Assembly: GCA_965661285.1 (NCBI GenBank)
Contig: CBFIDD010000002.1
Location: 128,001 to 192,000 of the forward strand
Direction of reading: 5' to 3'
From: Poseidonia sp.
GTDB taxonomy: Archaea > Thermoplasmatota > Poseidoniia > Poseidoniales > Poseidoniaceae
Length of the DNA: 64,000 bases
Each line of letters begins with the position of its first letter. Position 1 is the stretch's first letter. A model generated the notes under the pieces. That model saw only the letters and a list, made by a program, of their open reading frames with translations, was not told the DNA's origin and made no database searches. Below are positions 18,186 to 28,095 of the stretch, in pieces. The position numbers and the translations under genes were made by a program.

Positions 18186-19937
18186 ATGTCAGGGTACGGA
18201 ATTGAGGATGTACCGCACATGGAGCTGGATGACGACGGTGTTGCGTCGCTGACACAAAACAACCCGGACCAAGCGGCACTGATGGCCGAAGCCGTGATTC
18301 GAGTATCCGAGCAGGATATAGTCCTCGGCCCGGTCTCCAAGCTCGCGGCTCACCAACACGCCGGTGCATACCATCGGGCGTTCAGTGTCCTCCTGTTCAA
18401 CACCAAGGGAGAAATGCTTCTCCAACAACGTTCAGCCGACAAGGTCACCTTCCCGAACGTCTGGGCCAATGCGTGTTGCTCCCACCCCCTTCACAGTGAA
18501 GAGGAATTGGAGGAGGATGACGCCATGGGCGTGAAGCGAGCCGCCATTCGTAAGTTGGAGCAAGAATTGGGCATTGACCCGTCTTCCGTTTCAACCGACG
18601 GCATGACCTTCATGACCAAAATGCGCTACAGCGCTCGAATGAACCCTGAGTGGATCGAGCGAGAAGTTGACCACATCCTGGTGATGTGTGCTGATGTTGA
18701 CATTCAGCCAAACCCCAACGAAGTGGCCAACATCATGTGGGTCAGCCGCGACGCCTTGGAGGCGATGTTGATTGAAGAGCGTGAGGCGGACCAGGCCGTT
18801 GCCCCGTGGTTCAGGTGCATCGCTGCTCGTGTCATGACAGAAGCATGGTGGCAGCATTATGCCGACGGTGACAAACTCGCCGAACTCTCCGACGACCTCA
18901 TCCACGACATGGGCGACGTCACCTACATGCTACCAAACGCCGAAGGTGCGGATTTGTTGACATCCATTATGGAAGTCAAACCGTTGATTGAAGAACGAAT
19001 CTCCTTGAGTCTGCGAGCCTCACGCCACGAGCGCCTCGGCGACGCCATGATGCACCTCATCGAAGGCGGCGGAAAGCGGATGCGAGCGACCCTGCCGTGG
19101 CTGGTGGCGAAAGCAGTTGGTGATGCCCACGCAGGCCTTCTCGACATTGGTGCTGCCATTGAAACCGTTCACAATTTTACACTCGTCCACGATGACATCA
19201 TGGACAACGATGAGGTCAGGCGGGGGCGAAACGCCGTTCACGTCGAATACGGCATGCCCACGGCCATCAACGCTGGCGATGCCATGCTGGCCATTGCGTT
19301 TGAACGGCTTGTTCAAGCGGAAAATCTCGAGCCCGAAGATGTTGCACCCCTTGTCAATCGAATCGCTTGGATGGTTCGCCGGGTCAGCGAAGGGCAACAG
19401 TTGGATATAGAATTCGAAGACAGGCTTGAGGTCTCCGAGGACGACTACCTCGAGATGATCGAAGGCAAGACGGCCGTGATGTTTTGGATTTGTGCAGAAA
19501 TCGGAGCGCGGATTTCCGGTGCCGATGAGGAAACCATTCAGCTCATGGCTGAATGGGGCAAAGCCCTCGGTCTTTGTTTCCAATTGATGGACGACGTGAT
19601 CGACGTCCTGTCAGATTCGGAGACGCTCGGAAAGCCCGCTGGCTCCGACATTGCTCAAGGAAAACGCACGCTGATGATCATCCACGCATTACGCCAACCC
19701 GACAGCGATGTCAAACAACGGCTCCTGAAGGTGCTCGGCAAAGGGGAGGACGTTGCTCCCGAGGACTTGGAAGATGGTCTGGCCGCACTTGCAGAGCTGG
19801 GTTCGGTTGGCTACGCTCGCACGATGGCTGAGGATTTCCACGCTCAGGCGCACGCCTGTTTGGACCGACTTGTTGACAACCCGGCCATGGTGGCGTTGAG
19901 AGAACTCACGGATTTCCAACTTGCACGCCTTCATTGA
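18186..19937 (+). CDS. Fused type 1 IPP isomerase / geranylgeranyl diphosphate synthase
   Basis: N-terminal HRAFS, CCSHP and EREVD (IDI1). C-terminal GGKRMR, HNFTLVHDDIMD, GKT and FQLMDD (trans-prenyltransferase). Confidence 0.92.
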   Translation: MSGYGIEDVPHMELDDDGVASLTQNNPDQAALMAEAVIRVSEQDIVLGPVSKLAAHQHAGAYHRAFSVLLFNTKGEMLLQQRSADKVTFPNVWANACCSHPLHSEEELEEDDAMGVKRAAIRKLEQELGIDPSSVSTDGMTFMTKMRYSARMNPEWIEREVDHILVMCADVDIQPNPNEVANIMWVSRDALEAMLIEEREADQAVAPWFRCIAARVMTEAWWQHYADGDKLAELSDDLIHDMGDVTYMLPNAEGADLLTSIMEVKPLIEERISLSLRASRHERLGDAMMHLIEGGGKRMRATLPWLVAKAVGDAHAGLLDIGAAIETVHNFTLVHDDIMDNDEVRRGRNAVHVEYGMPTAINAGDAMLAIAFERLVQAENLEPEDVAPLVNRIAWMVRRVSEGQQLDIEFEDRLEVSEDDYLEMIEGKTAVMFWICAEIGARISGADEETIQLMAEWGKALGLCFQLMDDVIDVLSDSETLGKPAGSDIAQGKRTLMIIHALRQPDSDVKQRLLKVLGKGEDVAPEDLEDGLAALAELGSVGYARTMAEDFHAQAHACLDRLVDNPAMVALRELTDFQLARLH

Positions 19938-20394
19938 TGATGCGAACCGCATCACCAAGGCGTATGGAACCCGTTTGCTGAACACTGGCATACCAACGTG
20001 TTTGGCCTTCTGTTTTTTGATGACTCAGCGCTTTGAAATGTCCATTTTGAAATGATGCCCGAATCGTTTTGCACGGTGGAGCATCAGCGGTGATGGTCAA
20101 ACGGACTTCGCCGGCTTGCAATTGAACGCCTGGCTGCAACAGGCCCTCATCAAGTCCTTCGACGAGAACATTTTCTCCCGTCGTTCCCGGTGCGATTGGA
20201 TGACCGCTCGCTTGTAGACGCTCCATGACGCGAACCTCCATCAAGCACACGGCTCTGTTTGGACCGCCATGGTGCTTGGTATCGTTCTGCTTATCGCCAA
20301 CACATCCGGTTTTGTGAACCTTGAGGGTCTCAACGGGATGTTTTGGAACGCCACCCTCTGGGTTAACATGCAGGCCTCGTACGATGCCTGCCAT
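19906..20394 (-). CDS. MOSC domain protein
   Basis: GGVPK, GD.Q....HGG..RAV, GENV, PC and G.IRLGD. Confidence 0.85.
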   Translation of the reverse strand: MAGIVRGLHVNPEGGVPKHPVETLKVHKTGCVGDKQNDTKHHGGPNRAVCLMEVRVMERLQASGHPIAPGTTGENVLVEGLDEGLLQPGVQLQAGEVRLTITADAPPCKTIRASFQNGHFKALSHQKTEGQTRWYASVQQTGSIRLGDAVRIINEGVQVGNP

Positions 20395-20403
20395 GCAACG
20401 GCC

Positions 20404-22620
20404 TCAATCTGCGTAGTAGGATTCGGGGTTTGGTTCGGGCTTGAGACCCTTGCGTTGACGGATTTCACCGACCACCGTGTCAAACAGTTGAGGTGGCAAA
20501 ATCTCGAAGCCGAGGTTCTCGGTGTTCCAAACGGCGCGTCCCTGAGAGGCGGCACGGATGTCGTTGGAGAACCCGAAGGTCTCGGCGATTGGGATAATAC
20601 CGACCACGGTGGTCACGGCACCCTCGGATGGCATGTCTTCTATGATACCACGACGGGTGGTGACTTCACGGGTGACTTGACCGAGCCAATCGTTTGGTAC
20701 GGAGATAAACGCTTTCTGCATGGGTTCGAGAAGTACCGTCTTGGCTCGCATCATGGCACCCTTGATGCCGTTTCGAACGGCTGGGATGGTCTGAGCGGGG
20801 CCACGGTGAATGGCGTCTTCGTGGAGTTTGGCGTCAACCAGTCGAACGAACATCCCTTGAACGGGTTCGTCGGCAACCGGGCCCTTGACACAAACTTCGT
20901 TGAACGCTTCGATGATGAGTTCACGAGTTTCGTGAAGGTTCTGGATACCTTTGGTGTCGTTGACGAGAACGTTGGTGCCGTTGATGGCGTAGATCTTGCG
21001 CATCACGTCTTTGTCCATGCCGTATTCTCCGAACTTGCTGCCGACTTCCTTCGCATCTTTGTTTCGGACCGGGCCATCTCCGAGTTCACCTGCTCGCAAC
21101 GCAGCGACGACGTCGTCGGGAAGGGCTTCAATCTCAAAGAAGAAGCGGTTGTGGCGGTTGGGCGATTTTCCTTCAAAGGAATTCCCTCGGTTCGAACCCT
21201 GAATACCTTCTCGGTAAACGACGATCGGTGGGCTGACCTTGACCTTGATGTTCTGCTCTTCTTCAATGCGGTAAACGGTGATTTCAAGGTGGAGTTCGCC
21301 CATACCGGCCAGGAGAGCCTCTCCGGTTTCCTGGTTGGTCGTGACTTGCAACGAGGCGTCGGCCTTAGCCAACGAACGGAGTGCGTCGATGAACTTGGGC
21401 AAGTCCTTCATGCTCTTCGGCTCAACCGCAACGGTGACCACAGGGTCGGAGTAGTGGCGAATCGCTTCAAACGGCGTGAAGTCCTTGTCTCGAGAGAGGG
21501 TGACACCAGCAGCAGCCGAGCGAATACCGGTCACAGCTGCGATGTTGCCGGCCACGACTTTGGGCACGGTGATGCGGTCGCCCCCGACCATCATGGCCAC
21601 TTGCTGGACACGCTCGGGCTTTGCAGCACCGATGGCGTAAACGGATTCACCTTGGTTGATGGCCCCTGAGTACACACGACCAACAGCCACTTCACCGGCG
21701 TGAGGGTCCATCCAAATCTTGGTGACCATCATGGCGAGTTCTGCTTCGGGGTCGCAGTTCATCATAGCCTGACCGACCTCAGAGTCCAAATCGCCCGTCC
21801 AAATGTTGGGAATACGGTATTTTTGAGCCTCAATGGGGCCAGGGAGTTTGGTGACCGCCATGTCGAGCAAGACTTCGTGAACGGGTGCTTTCTGAGCCAG
21901 CGTCTTTTGGTCTTCGTTGTTACAGTACTCAAAGATCTCCTTGAACGAGATGCCAGACTTGGCCATGTAGGGCACGGTGATACCCCAGTTGTGGTAGGCC
22001 GAACCAAACGCCACCGTTCCGTCTTGAACAGAAACTTGCCAGGCCTTTTCCATTCCCTGCGGAGCAAACTGCTTGATGAGTTTGTTGACTTTCTTGATGG
22101 TCTCCGTAAATCGAGCCATCATGTCTTCGGGCGTGACCTGCAATTCGTTGATGAGGCGGTCCACCTTGTTGATGAACAACACGGGTTTCACCTTCTCTTT
22201 CAGAGCCTGGCGAACCACGGTTTCGGTTTGCGGCATCGGTCCTTCAACTGCACAAGCGAGGATAAAGCAGCCGTCAACAGCACGCATGGCACGGGTAACG
22301 TCGCCACCAAAGTCAACGTGGCCAGGGGTGTCGATGAGGTTGATGAGGTAGTCCGTCCCTTCAACGGCGTGGACCATGGAGGCGGATGCTGCGTTGATGG
22401 TGATTCCACGAGCGGATTCCTGTTCGTCAAAGTCAAGCACACGGGCAGCACCGGCGAGGTCGTTGGACATCATTCCTGCACCTGCGATGAGGTTGTCGGA
22501 CAGGGTGGTCTTTCCGTGGTCGATGTGAGCTGCGATGCACAAGTTCCTGATTTGAGGAAGAACGTGCATGACTTCTGTGGCCTTCTTGATGTTGTCTTCT
22601 TTGCGTCCCATGGTTACCAC
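20404..22620 (-). CDS. fusA: Archaeal elongation factor 2
   Basis: AHIDHGKTT, RGITI, DTPGHVDF, NKVD and the diphthamide loop HEDAIHRGPAQ. An alternative ATG lies at 22611. Confidence 0.97.
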   Translation of the reverse strand: MVTMGRKEDNIKKATEVMHVLPQIRNLCIAAHIDHGKTTLSDNLIAGAGMMSNDLAGAARVLDFDEQESARGITINAASASMVHAVEGTDYLINLIDTPGHVDFGGDVTRAMRAVDGCFILACAVEGPMPQTETVVRQALKEKVKPVLFINKVDRLINELQVTPEDMMARFTETIKKVNKLIKQFAPQGMEKAWQVSVQDGTVAFGSAYHNWGITVPYMAKSGISFKEIFEYCNNEDQKTLAQKAPVHEVLLDMAVTKLPGPIEAQKYRIPNIWTGDLDSEVGQAMMNCDPEAELAMMVTKIWMDPHAGEVAVGRVYSGAINQGESVYAIGAAKPERVQQVAMMVGGDRITVPKVVAGNIAAVTGIRSAAAGVTLSRDKDFTPFEAIRHYSDPVVTVAVEPKSMKDLPKFIDALRSLAKADASLQVTTNQETGEALLAGMGELHLEITVYRIEEEQNIKVKVSPPIVVYREGIQGSNRGNSFEGKSPNRHNRFFFEIEALPDDVVAALRAGELGDGPVRNKDAKEVGSKFGEYGMDKDVMRKIYAINGTNVLVNDTKGIQNLHETRELIIEAFNEVCVKGPVADEPVQGMFVRLVDAKLHEDAIHRGPAQTIPAVRNGIKGAMMRAKTVLLEPMQKAFISVPNDWLGQVTREVTTRRGIIEDMPSEGAVTTVVGIIPIAETFGFSNDIRAASQGRAVWNTENLGFEILPPQLFDTVVGEIRQRKGLKPEPNPESYYAD

Positions 22621-22683
22621 CGTGTTCTCGTTGCTTCGCCCACTGAAAAGGGGTTCTTAAGTGCCTCGCAGAAAGGCGAAGGG

Positions 22684-23073
22684 TCAGTATACGAGTTGGG
22701 CATCTGAGGTCGCCGTCAAGGCGATGACACCGGGTGGCCCACTCCACGCAATTTTGTCGTCCGGGAAATAGAGCGCCCCGTCGCCCTCCTCATGACCGAG
22801 GGTGGCCTTGACAGAGGCAAAGGAGCAATACAGATCTGCACCGGAAAGGAGTTTGTCCATGAATCCGTGAACCATGGACGACCCTTGCCCCATCTCAGCC
22901 TCCAATGTTTGCAGGAAACTCGGATCGAGAAGTCGGGTTCCGGCTGCTGCAAAGAACACTCGGACCTCATGCCCGTCATCAACGGCTTGTGCGGCGCATG
23001 CCAAGCCAACAATTGATTTCAATTTGTCATGTGAGGGGTCGGAGACGAACTTGACGAACACGGTGGAGGTCAT
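22684..23073 (-). CDS. DsrE/TusD-like protein
   Basis: GHEVRVFFAAAG, LYCS and C-terminal SDAQLVY fit the DsrE fold. Confidence 0.7.
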   Translation of the reverse strand: MTSTVFVKFVSDPSHDKLKSIVGLACAAQAVDDGHEVRVFFAAAGTRLLDPSFLQTLEAEMGQGSSMVHGFMDKLLSGADLYCSFASVKATLGHEEGDGALYFPDDKIAWSGPPGVIALTATSDAQLVY

Positions 23074-23134
23074 GGTGTAAGCAACGCAAACCAACCAATG
23101 AACGTTTGGAGGCCAAACGGATGCAAGGATGACT

Positions 23135-23749
23135 TCAACGGGCAGAGGCTGCAATGCGCTCCAATTCTTCCTTCTTGCCAACGGCGTAGGAAGTGACGTC
23201 GCCTTCGCTGGCCTTCGTCAGTTCGTTGATGATGCAGTTTTTGAGCGTCCGCTTGGATTTGTGGGTGCCCTGCTGTGCGCCCTTGGCAAGATTAGCCAGG
23301 GCAACGTCAAGGCGTCGAGATGGAGAAGAGTCAACGGCTTTGGGCTGAGAGACGGCGCCAAACTTGATTCGGGTGATCTCTTCCATGGGTGCAGCAGAGC
23401 AAATAGCGTCAACAAACACCTGCAGCGGGTTGTTGCCAGAGCGCTCTGCGATTTGGTCAAGCGCATCTTCAAAGGCTTTCATGGCGCCCATTTTCTTGCC
23501 GGTGTAGGCACCGGTGCGCATGAGTTTGTTGATGTAGCGCTCAACGACAGAGAGCTTGGATTTTCCAAACCAAGCATTGGCGTGGCGACCACCGGTGTGT
23601 GGCACACCTACGGTGGTGAGGTTGACGTAAGGAGCGAGACCTGGGTCTCGGCAAACGACTTCTGAGGCGTCCCACTTTCCGAACACATTGGTTCCGATAC
23701 CGGCGATGGGTTTGTTCTCAACAACAGGGGATTCTTCGTCGCTCATCAT
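23135..23749 (-). CDS. rps7: 30S ribosomal protein uS7
   Basis: FGKWD, PHTGGRH, NPLQV, AVDSSPSRRLD and ERIAASAR. Confidence 0.96.
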   Translation of the reverse strand: MMSDEESPVVENKPIAGIGTNVFGKWDASEVVCRDPGLAPYVNLTTVGVPHTGGRHANAWFGKSKLSVVERYINKLMRTGAYTGKKMGAMKAFEDALDQIAERSGNNPLQVFVDAICSAAPMEEITRIKFGAVSQPKAVDSSPSRRLDVALANLAKGAQQGTHKSKRTLKNCIINELTKASEGDVTSYAVGKKEELERIAASAR

Positions 23750-23756
23750 CAACACC

Positions 23757-24185
23757 TCAGCGGACTGGCTTCTCCTTTCGACCTCGAACCATTTCGTCGA
23801 GGGACACGCCGTTCACTTGAATGACTTTGTAGCGAACACCGGGAATGTCTCCGTACGAACGGCCCATGCGGCCGCCGATACCTTCGACCATGACCTCGTC
23901 GTGCTCGTCAATGAAGTTGATGGCGCCATCGCCGGGTGCGAAGGCCGTGAGTTTGTTTCCGTTTTTGATGAGGGAAATCTTGACGGCTTTGCGGATGCCG
24001 GAGTTGGGTTGTTTGGCCTCAATACCGACTTTTTCAACCACGATACCCTTGGCTTGGGTCGACCCTGCGAGTGGGTCGTGCTTGGCACGCGACTTGAGCA
24101 TGCGCTTCTTGTAGCGGCGGTCTGACCAACGGAATTTTTGTCGGTCCTTTGCCATCTTGGCACCTGCGAAGAGTCCTCTGCCCAT
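23757..24185 (-). CDS. rps12: 30S ribosomal protein uS12
   Basis: [10 protein letters not shown] and GDIPGVRYK; SD-like GAGGTGA just upstream. Confidence 0.97.
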   Translation of the reverse strand: MGRGLFAGAKMAKDRQKFRWSDRRYKKRMLKSRAKHDPLAGSTQAKGIVVEKVGIEAKQPNSGIRKAVKISLIKNGNKLTAFAPGDGAINFIDEHDEVMVEGIGGRMGRSYGDIPGVRYKVIQVNGVSLDEMVRGRKEKPVR

Positions 24186-24347
24186 CATCATCACCTCATT
24201 GAAGCATTTCGCCGACTTGCCGCCCCTATTTAATCAAATCCCTTTGGCCTACCGAATCAGAGGCGGCGTCGTTTGATTTGCAACAATCCACAAACCCTCT
24301 CACCATCCATGAACAACATTCAAACAACGGGTCTCTGTGGCAGGGCC

Positions 24348-25619
24348 ATGGCCTTCCGAGACCACTTGGCTGCAGCAACGGTGGAAACCTCCCCGGTGAG
24401 TCTCGTTCACGGGATGCTTCACCACTCACGGGGTACAGGCCACGCGATGACCGTCTTTGAAAACATCCCCGAATGCCCCGGGCACCGTGCAGCGGTGAAC
24501 ATGCTCACTCGAGACCGCCTTTGTGCAGCCATTGGCATTGAGCCGGAGGCGTACATTGACACGCTGGGTTGGGCGATGAGCCACCCGTCGACGCCGGTTG
24601 TTGTTGAAAAGGATGAAGCCGCTTGCTTCGAAAACACCGTGACCGACGTTGACCTCGGTACCATCCCCATCCCGCACCACTGGCCCCAAGACCGTGGACG
24701 CTACTCCTCTGCAAGCATCATCATCGCCCAGGACAGCGGCATACGAAACGTCTCCTTCCACCGTCAGTTCCTCCGCGATGAAAACCACCTCGTGGTCCGG
24801 TTGGTCCCCCGTCATTTGCGCACCATGGTCACCAACGCCCGAAAAGAAGGACGTGAGGTCAACGTGGCCGTCGTGAACGCCCCCGACCCTGTGGTGCTTC
24901 TCGCTGCGGCTATGTCGTTCAACGAAAACATCGACGAGTTAACCATTGCAGCCGCACTTCACGAGAAACTCTACGGCCGCCAACTGAAATTGGTTGAACT
25001 CCCAAACGGCGTTCACGTCCCAGCCGATGCAGAATATGTCTGGTGGGGCAGAATCACTCTCGACGATGACGATGAGGGCCCGTATGTTGACATCACGGGT
25101 ACCGTTGACGATGTTCGTCAGGAGCCAGTGATTGAAATCGACGGTTTAATTCATAGAGACAACCCCATCTTCCACGCCCTGATTCCGGGCGAAGCCGAAC
25201 ACAAGACCCTCATGGGACTGCCCCGTGCCCCCACCATCAAAGCGGCCGTCAACGACGTGGTGGAGTGTTTGGATGTTCACATGACCGAAGGCGGTTGTGG
25301 CTGGTTGGGTGCTGTCCTCAAGATACGGAAGCGCCACCAAGACGACGGCATGAAGGCGATCAAGGCGGCCTTTGACGGCCACAAAAGCATGAAGATCGTG
25401 ACCGTCGTTGACGAGGACATTGACATCACCGACCCCGTTCGAGTGGAGTGGGCGATGATGACGCGATGGCAGCCGGACAAAGACACCTTGATTTTGAGCG
25501 ACCAGCGAGGAAGTTCCCTTGACCCGTCGAGGTACGACGACGGCCGAACGTCAAAAATCGGCTACGACGCCACCATTGACTTTGGTGTTGATCGCGAGGG
25601 CTTCATGTCCGTGCAGTGA
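24348..25619 (+). CDS. UbiD family prFMN-dependent decarboxylase (probable anhydromevalonate phosphate decarboxylase)
   Basis: NVSFHR, VPADAE, EGPYVDITG, VVDEDID, GSSLDPS and KIGYDAT. Confidence 0.85.
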   Translation: MAFRDHLAAATVETSPVSLVHGMLHHSRGTGHAMTVFENIPECPGHRAAVNMLTRDRLCAAIGIEPEAYIDTLGWAMSHPSTPVVVEKDEAACFENTVTDVDLGTIPIPHHWPQDRGRYSSASIIIAQDSGIRNVSFHRQFLRDENHLVVRLVPRHLRTMVTNARKEGREVNVAVVNAPDPVVLLAAAMSFNENIDELTIAAALHEKLYGRQLKLVELPNGVHVPADAEYVWWGRITLDDDDEGPYVDITGTVDDVRQEPVIEIDGLIHRDNPIFHALIPGEAEHKTLMGLPRAPTIKAAVNDVVECLDVHMTEGGCGWLGAVLKIRKRHQDDGMKAIKAAFDGHKSMKIVTVVDEDIDITDPVRVEWAMMTRWQPDKDTLILSDQRGSSLDPSRYDDGRTSKIGYDATIDFGVDREGFMSVQ

Positions 25620-25628
25620 GGTCGTTTC

Positions 25629-26630
25629 ATGTCTGAAAGCCAAGACCTTCTGCAGCACCCCCGCAGAAACTTGGGTAACCGGTACAGGTCAACGGCCCAA
25701 AAATTTGCTAGATTGGCCAAAACCGACCCTGACAGAGCGGCTGAAAACATGGCCTGGGCGGAACAGAATGCTCGACAAGCCATCCTGCACGACTTTACCG
25801 ATGAACGCAATTGGCGGTACCTCGCTGAACTCAAGGTCATCAACAAGGACGCCGAAGGCTTGCATGCACTTCTGGAGGACGTGTTCGTCATTCTCGGACG
25901 CGACCCTGACAACCTTGACCAGCTCAGTGGCATTGACTACCTCGGTGTTGGCAGGGAATTGCTCGAAGCCGCCTTCGCTCGCGACGCACTTGACCCCGAT
26001 GCGTGGTGGGAGCGGATCACAGCCATTGAAGGACAATCTGCCATTGAGGAATTTGCCGAACGGTGCCGCCGACTCGATTTTCGAGACCAACGGGCCAACA
26101 TCGTTTTCGGTCGTCGCCTTGAACGACTTCGGTCGGCCGGCCATGAAGACATTTTCATTGACCTTGCAAAACATCTCCTCGCCCACCGACCCATCAACCA
26201 CGAATTATGGATGGAGATGGGGCGCCTTCATGAACGTAGAAACGAGGTGAACGAAGCATGGTCATGTTACGATCAAGTGCAACAATTGCGACCGCATCTC
26301 AACGAACGGGACCGCTTCCTCGAACGCTTGAAAGGTGAGATGGACGGCAAGGAACGTCAACCTTGGTCCGGACCTTCCATTGACCATCGCCAAGCCTTCC
26401 TCAAAGGCATGCAATCGCTGACTGACCGTATTTCCACGCCAGATGCACAAGCCCCATCGACAGAACCGCCCGAAGAGGACACGTCGGCCCATCCCGATGA
26501 AGCAAAACTGAGCGCTCTCCTTGCGCAGGGCGACGTCCAAGCTGCGTTCTTTTTGGCTCGACGTTTGTTGGCATCGGGAGAGGAATGGGCCGAGTCATGG
26601 CTTGACGAGATTCAATCCAAAATGGTGTGA
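25629..26630 (+). CDS. Tetratricopeptide-repeat-like protein
   Basis: PINHELWMEMGRLHE...EAWSCYDQVQQLRP TPR-like unit; all-helical. Confidence 0.65.
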   Translation: MSESQDLLQHPRRNLGNRYRSTAQKFARLAKTDPDRAAENMAWAEQNARQAILHDFTDERNWRYLAELKVINKDAEGLHALLEDVFVILGRDPDNLDQLSGIDYLGVGRELLEAAFARDALDPDAWWERITAIEGQSAIEEFAERCRRLDFRDQRANIVFGRRLERLRSAGHEDIFIDLAKHLLAHRPINHELWMEMGRLHERRNEVNEAWSCYDQVQQLRPHLNERDRFLERLKGEMDGKERQPWSGPSIDHRQAFLKGMQSLTDRISTPDAQAPSTEPPEEDTSAHPDEAKLSALLAQGDVQAAFFLARRLLASGEEWAESWLDEIQSKMV

Positions 26631-26633
26631 GCC

Positions 26634-27029
26634 ATGCCGTCAACACCGCTCTTCGTCTTGGCGTGGATCACGCGCAAAGGCGAGACGCCAACCGAAATGG
26701 GAGATGGGCGTGAAGTGCTCTTTGTTGAGCATCCCGAACGAGGCTGGGAAATACCCGGCGGGCATCTCGAGGAGAACGAAACAGCAGAGGAAGCCCTTCA
26801 CCGAGAAATCAAGGAGGAGACGGGACTGGCCGGAACCCTCGTATCTTGGAACAAAACCTACTATCCCAAGGGATGGGTTGCCCATGTTGAAGTGGACACA
26901 ACGACACCCGCTGACTGGCACGTAGAGGACAGGAACGTGAGCGCCGTCAAATGGTGGAAGGACGTCCCGCCTGTCAAAACATGGACCGTGGAAGAATTTG
27001 AAGACCTTGCTCGCCATTTCTCAGCCTGA
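26634..27029 (+). CDS. NUDIX hydrolase
   Basis: Nudix box GGHLEENETAEEALHREIKEETG. Confidence 0.9.
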   Translation: MPSTPLFVLAWITRKGETPTEMGDGREVLFVEHPERGWEIPGGHLEENETAEEALHREIKEETGLAGTLVSWNKTYYPKGWVAHVEVDTTTPADWHVEDRNVSAVKWWKDVPPVKTWTVEEFEDLARHFSA

Positions 27030-27030
27030 A

Positions 27031-28095
27031 TCAAGGCATGGCCAACTCGGAGAGGCGTTGGCCCCAAGCCGCCGTTTCTTCAGGTGTTGACGCGCAAGCT
27101 TGTGCAACAGCAGCCAGCATCGGGTCTTCCACCGCCGCGGGTTGAGCCATCAGCGATGCGAACCGTTCCATCTTGTCGAGACGGTGGGCAAGCGTGAGCA
27201 TGGCCCGAACGGCTGGACGTTCGCCCCCGCCCCAACCCGGCTCAAGATGGTCGCAACACCATGCGAAGACGCCGTTAATGTCGTCCGGGTGCACTGCGAG
27301 AACGGGAGGCTCTTCTTCAAGGTCGAGAGGTTTCGCTTCCTCAACTTGCACGTGCATGGGTGCTGCATCCATCGATTGATGCTCGATAGCCAAATCCAAG
27401 AATAACGAGCCTGCTTCAATCGCCATTTGCGTTTGTGAGGCCAGCATGGCGTGTATATGGGCATTCCATGCGTGCCTTCCGGCATCAAAGAGATGACCGA
27501 GCGCCTGTCGAATGCGACTTGCACCCAATCTTGAAATCGCGATGGTCTCGTGTGCGTGGCCCGCCTTTCTCGAAATATCGCCGTACACTTGGAGGGCCAT
27601 CAACGCCTCGCCTTGCGCCATGTGATAGGCTGCTTTATTGAGCAGAGAAAGGTCATGGTCTCGGCTTGCTTTGGCCACTGATTTTAGGCGTGTTTCAGCC
27701 CACGTCAAGTCTTCTTCTGCTCCCTCAGCGTCTCCAGCCTCAAAACGAGAAAGACCACGCTCCATGCGCAATCGTCCCTCCAGCGCCAAGTCCCTGGTTT
27801 CAGGCGTTCTCACAACCTCGAGGGCCGCCTCGAGGGCTTCGTCAAGATGCGTGTCTCCAAGCCAACGTCGGCGAACCAATCCAAGTACCGCATGTTCCCC
27901 TTTCGAGAGATGCGGCCCCATCGCCTCCAACAATTCGGGTGCATCCATGAAGAGGGCAGCCTCGGCCAGCGAGAGCCACGAGGGCCATGCAAGTTCTTCT
28001 TTCCATGCCACGAGCACCTCGCTGTCCACCGGACCTTCGGTACGCCATCTCGAAACAAACATGCCTGGTCCGTGGGGGGTTTTGATGGTCGTCAT
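27031..28095 (-). CDS. Hypothetical alpha-helical (TPR-like) protein
   Basis: Long Ala/Leu-rich ORF; ATGA overlap with the upstream DHH gene. Confidence 0.6.
   Translation of the reverse strand: MTTIKTPHGPGMFVSRWRTEGPVDSEVLVAWKEELAWPSWLSLAEAALFMDAPELLEAMGPHLSKGEHAVLGLVRRRWLGDTHLDEALEAALEVVRTPETRDLALEGRLRMERGLSRFEAGDAEGAEEDLTWAETRLKSVAKASRDHDLSLLNKAAYHMAQGEALMALQVYGDISRKAGHAHETIAISRLGASRIRQALGHLFDAGRHAWNAHIHAMLASQTQMAIEAGSLFLDLAIEHQSMDAAPMHVQVEEAKPLDLEEEPPVLAVHPDDINGVFAWCCDHLEPGWGGGERPAVRAMLTLAHRLDKMERFASLMAQPAAVEDPMLAAVAQACASTPEETAAWGQRLSELAMP

Noticed and set aside
20269-22707. Long plus-strand ORFs (466 and 335 aa) antisense to EF-2
   Set aside because: Shadow ORFs expected from codon bias of a highly expressed gene; no recognisable motifs.
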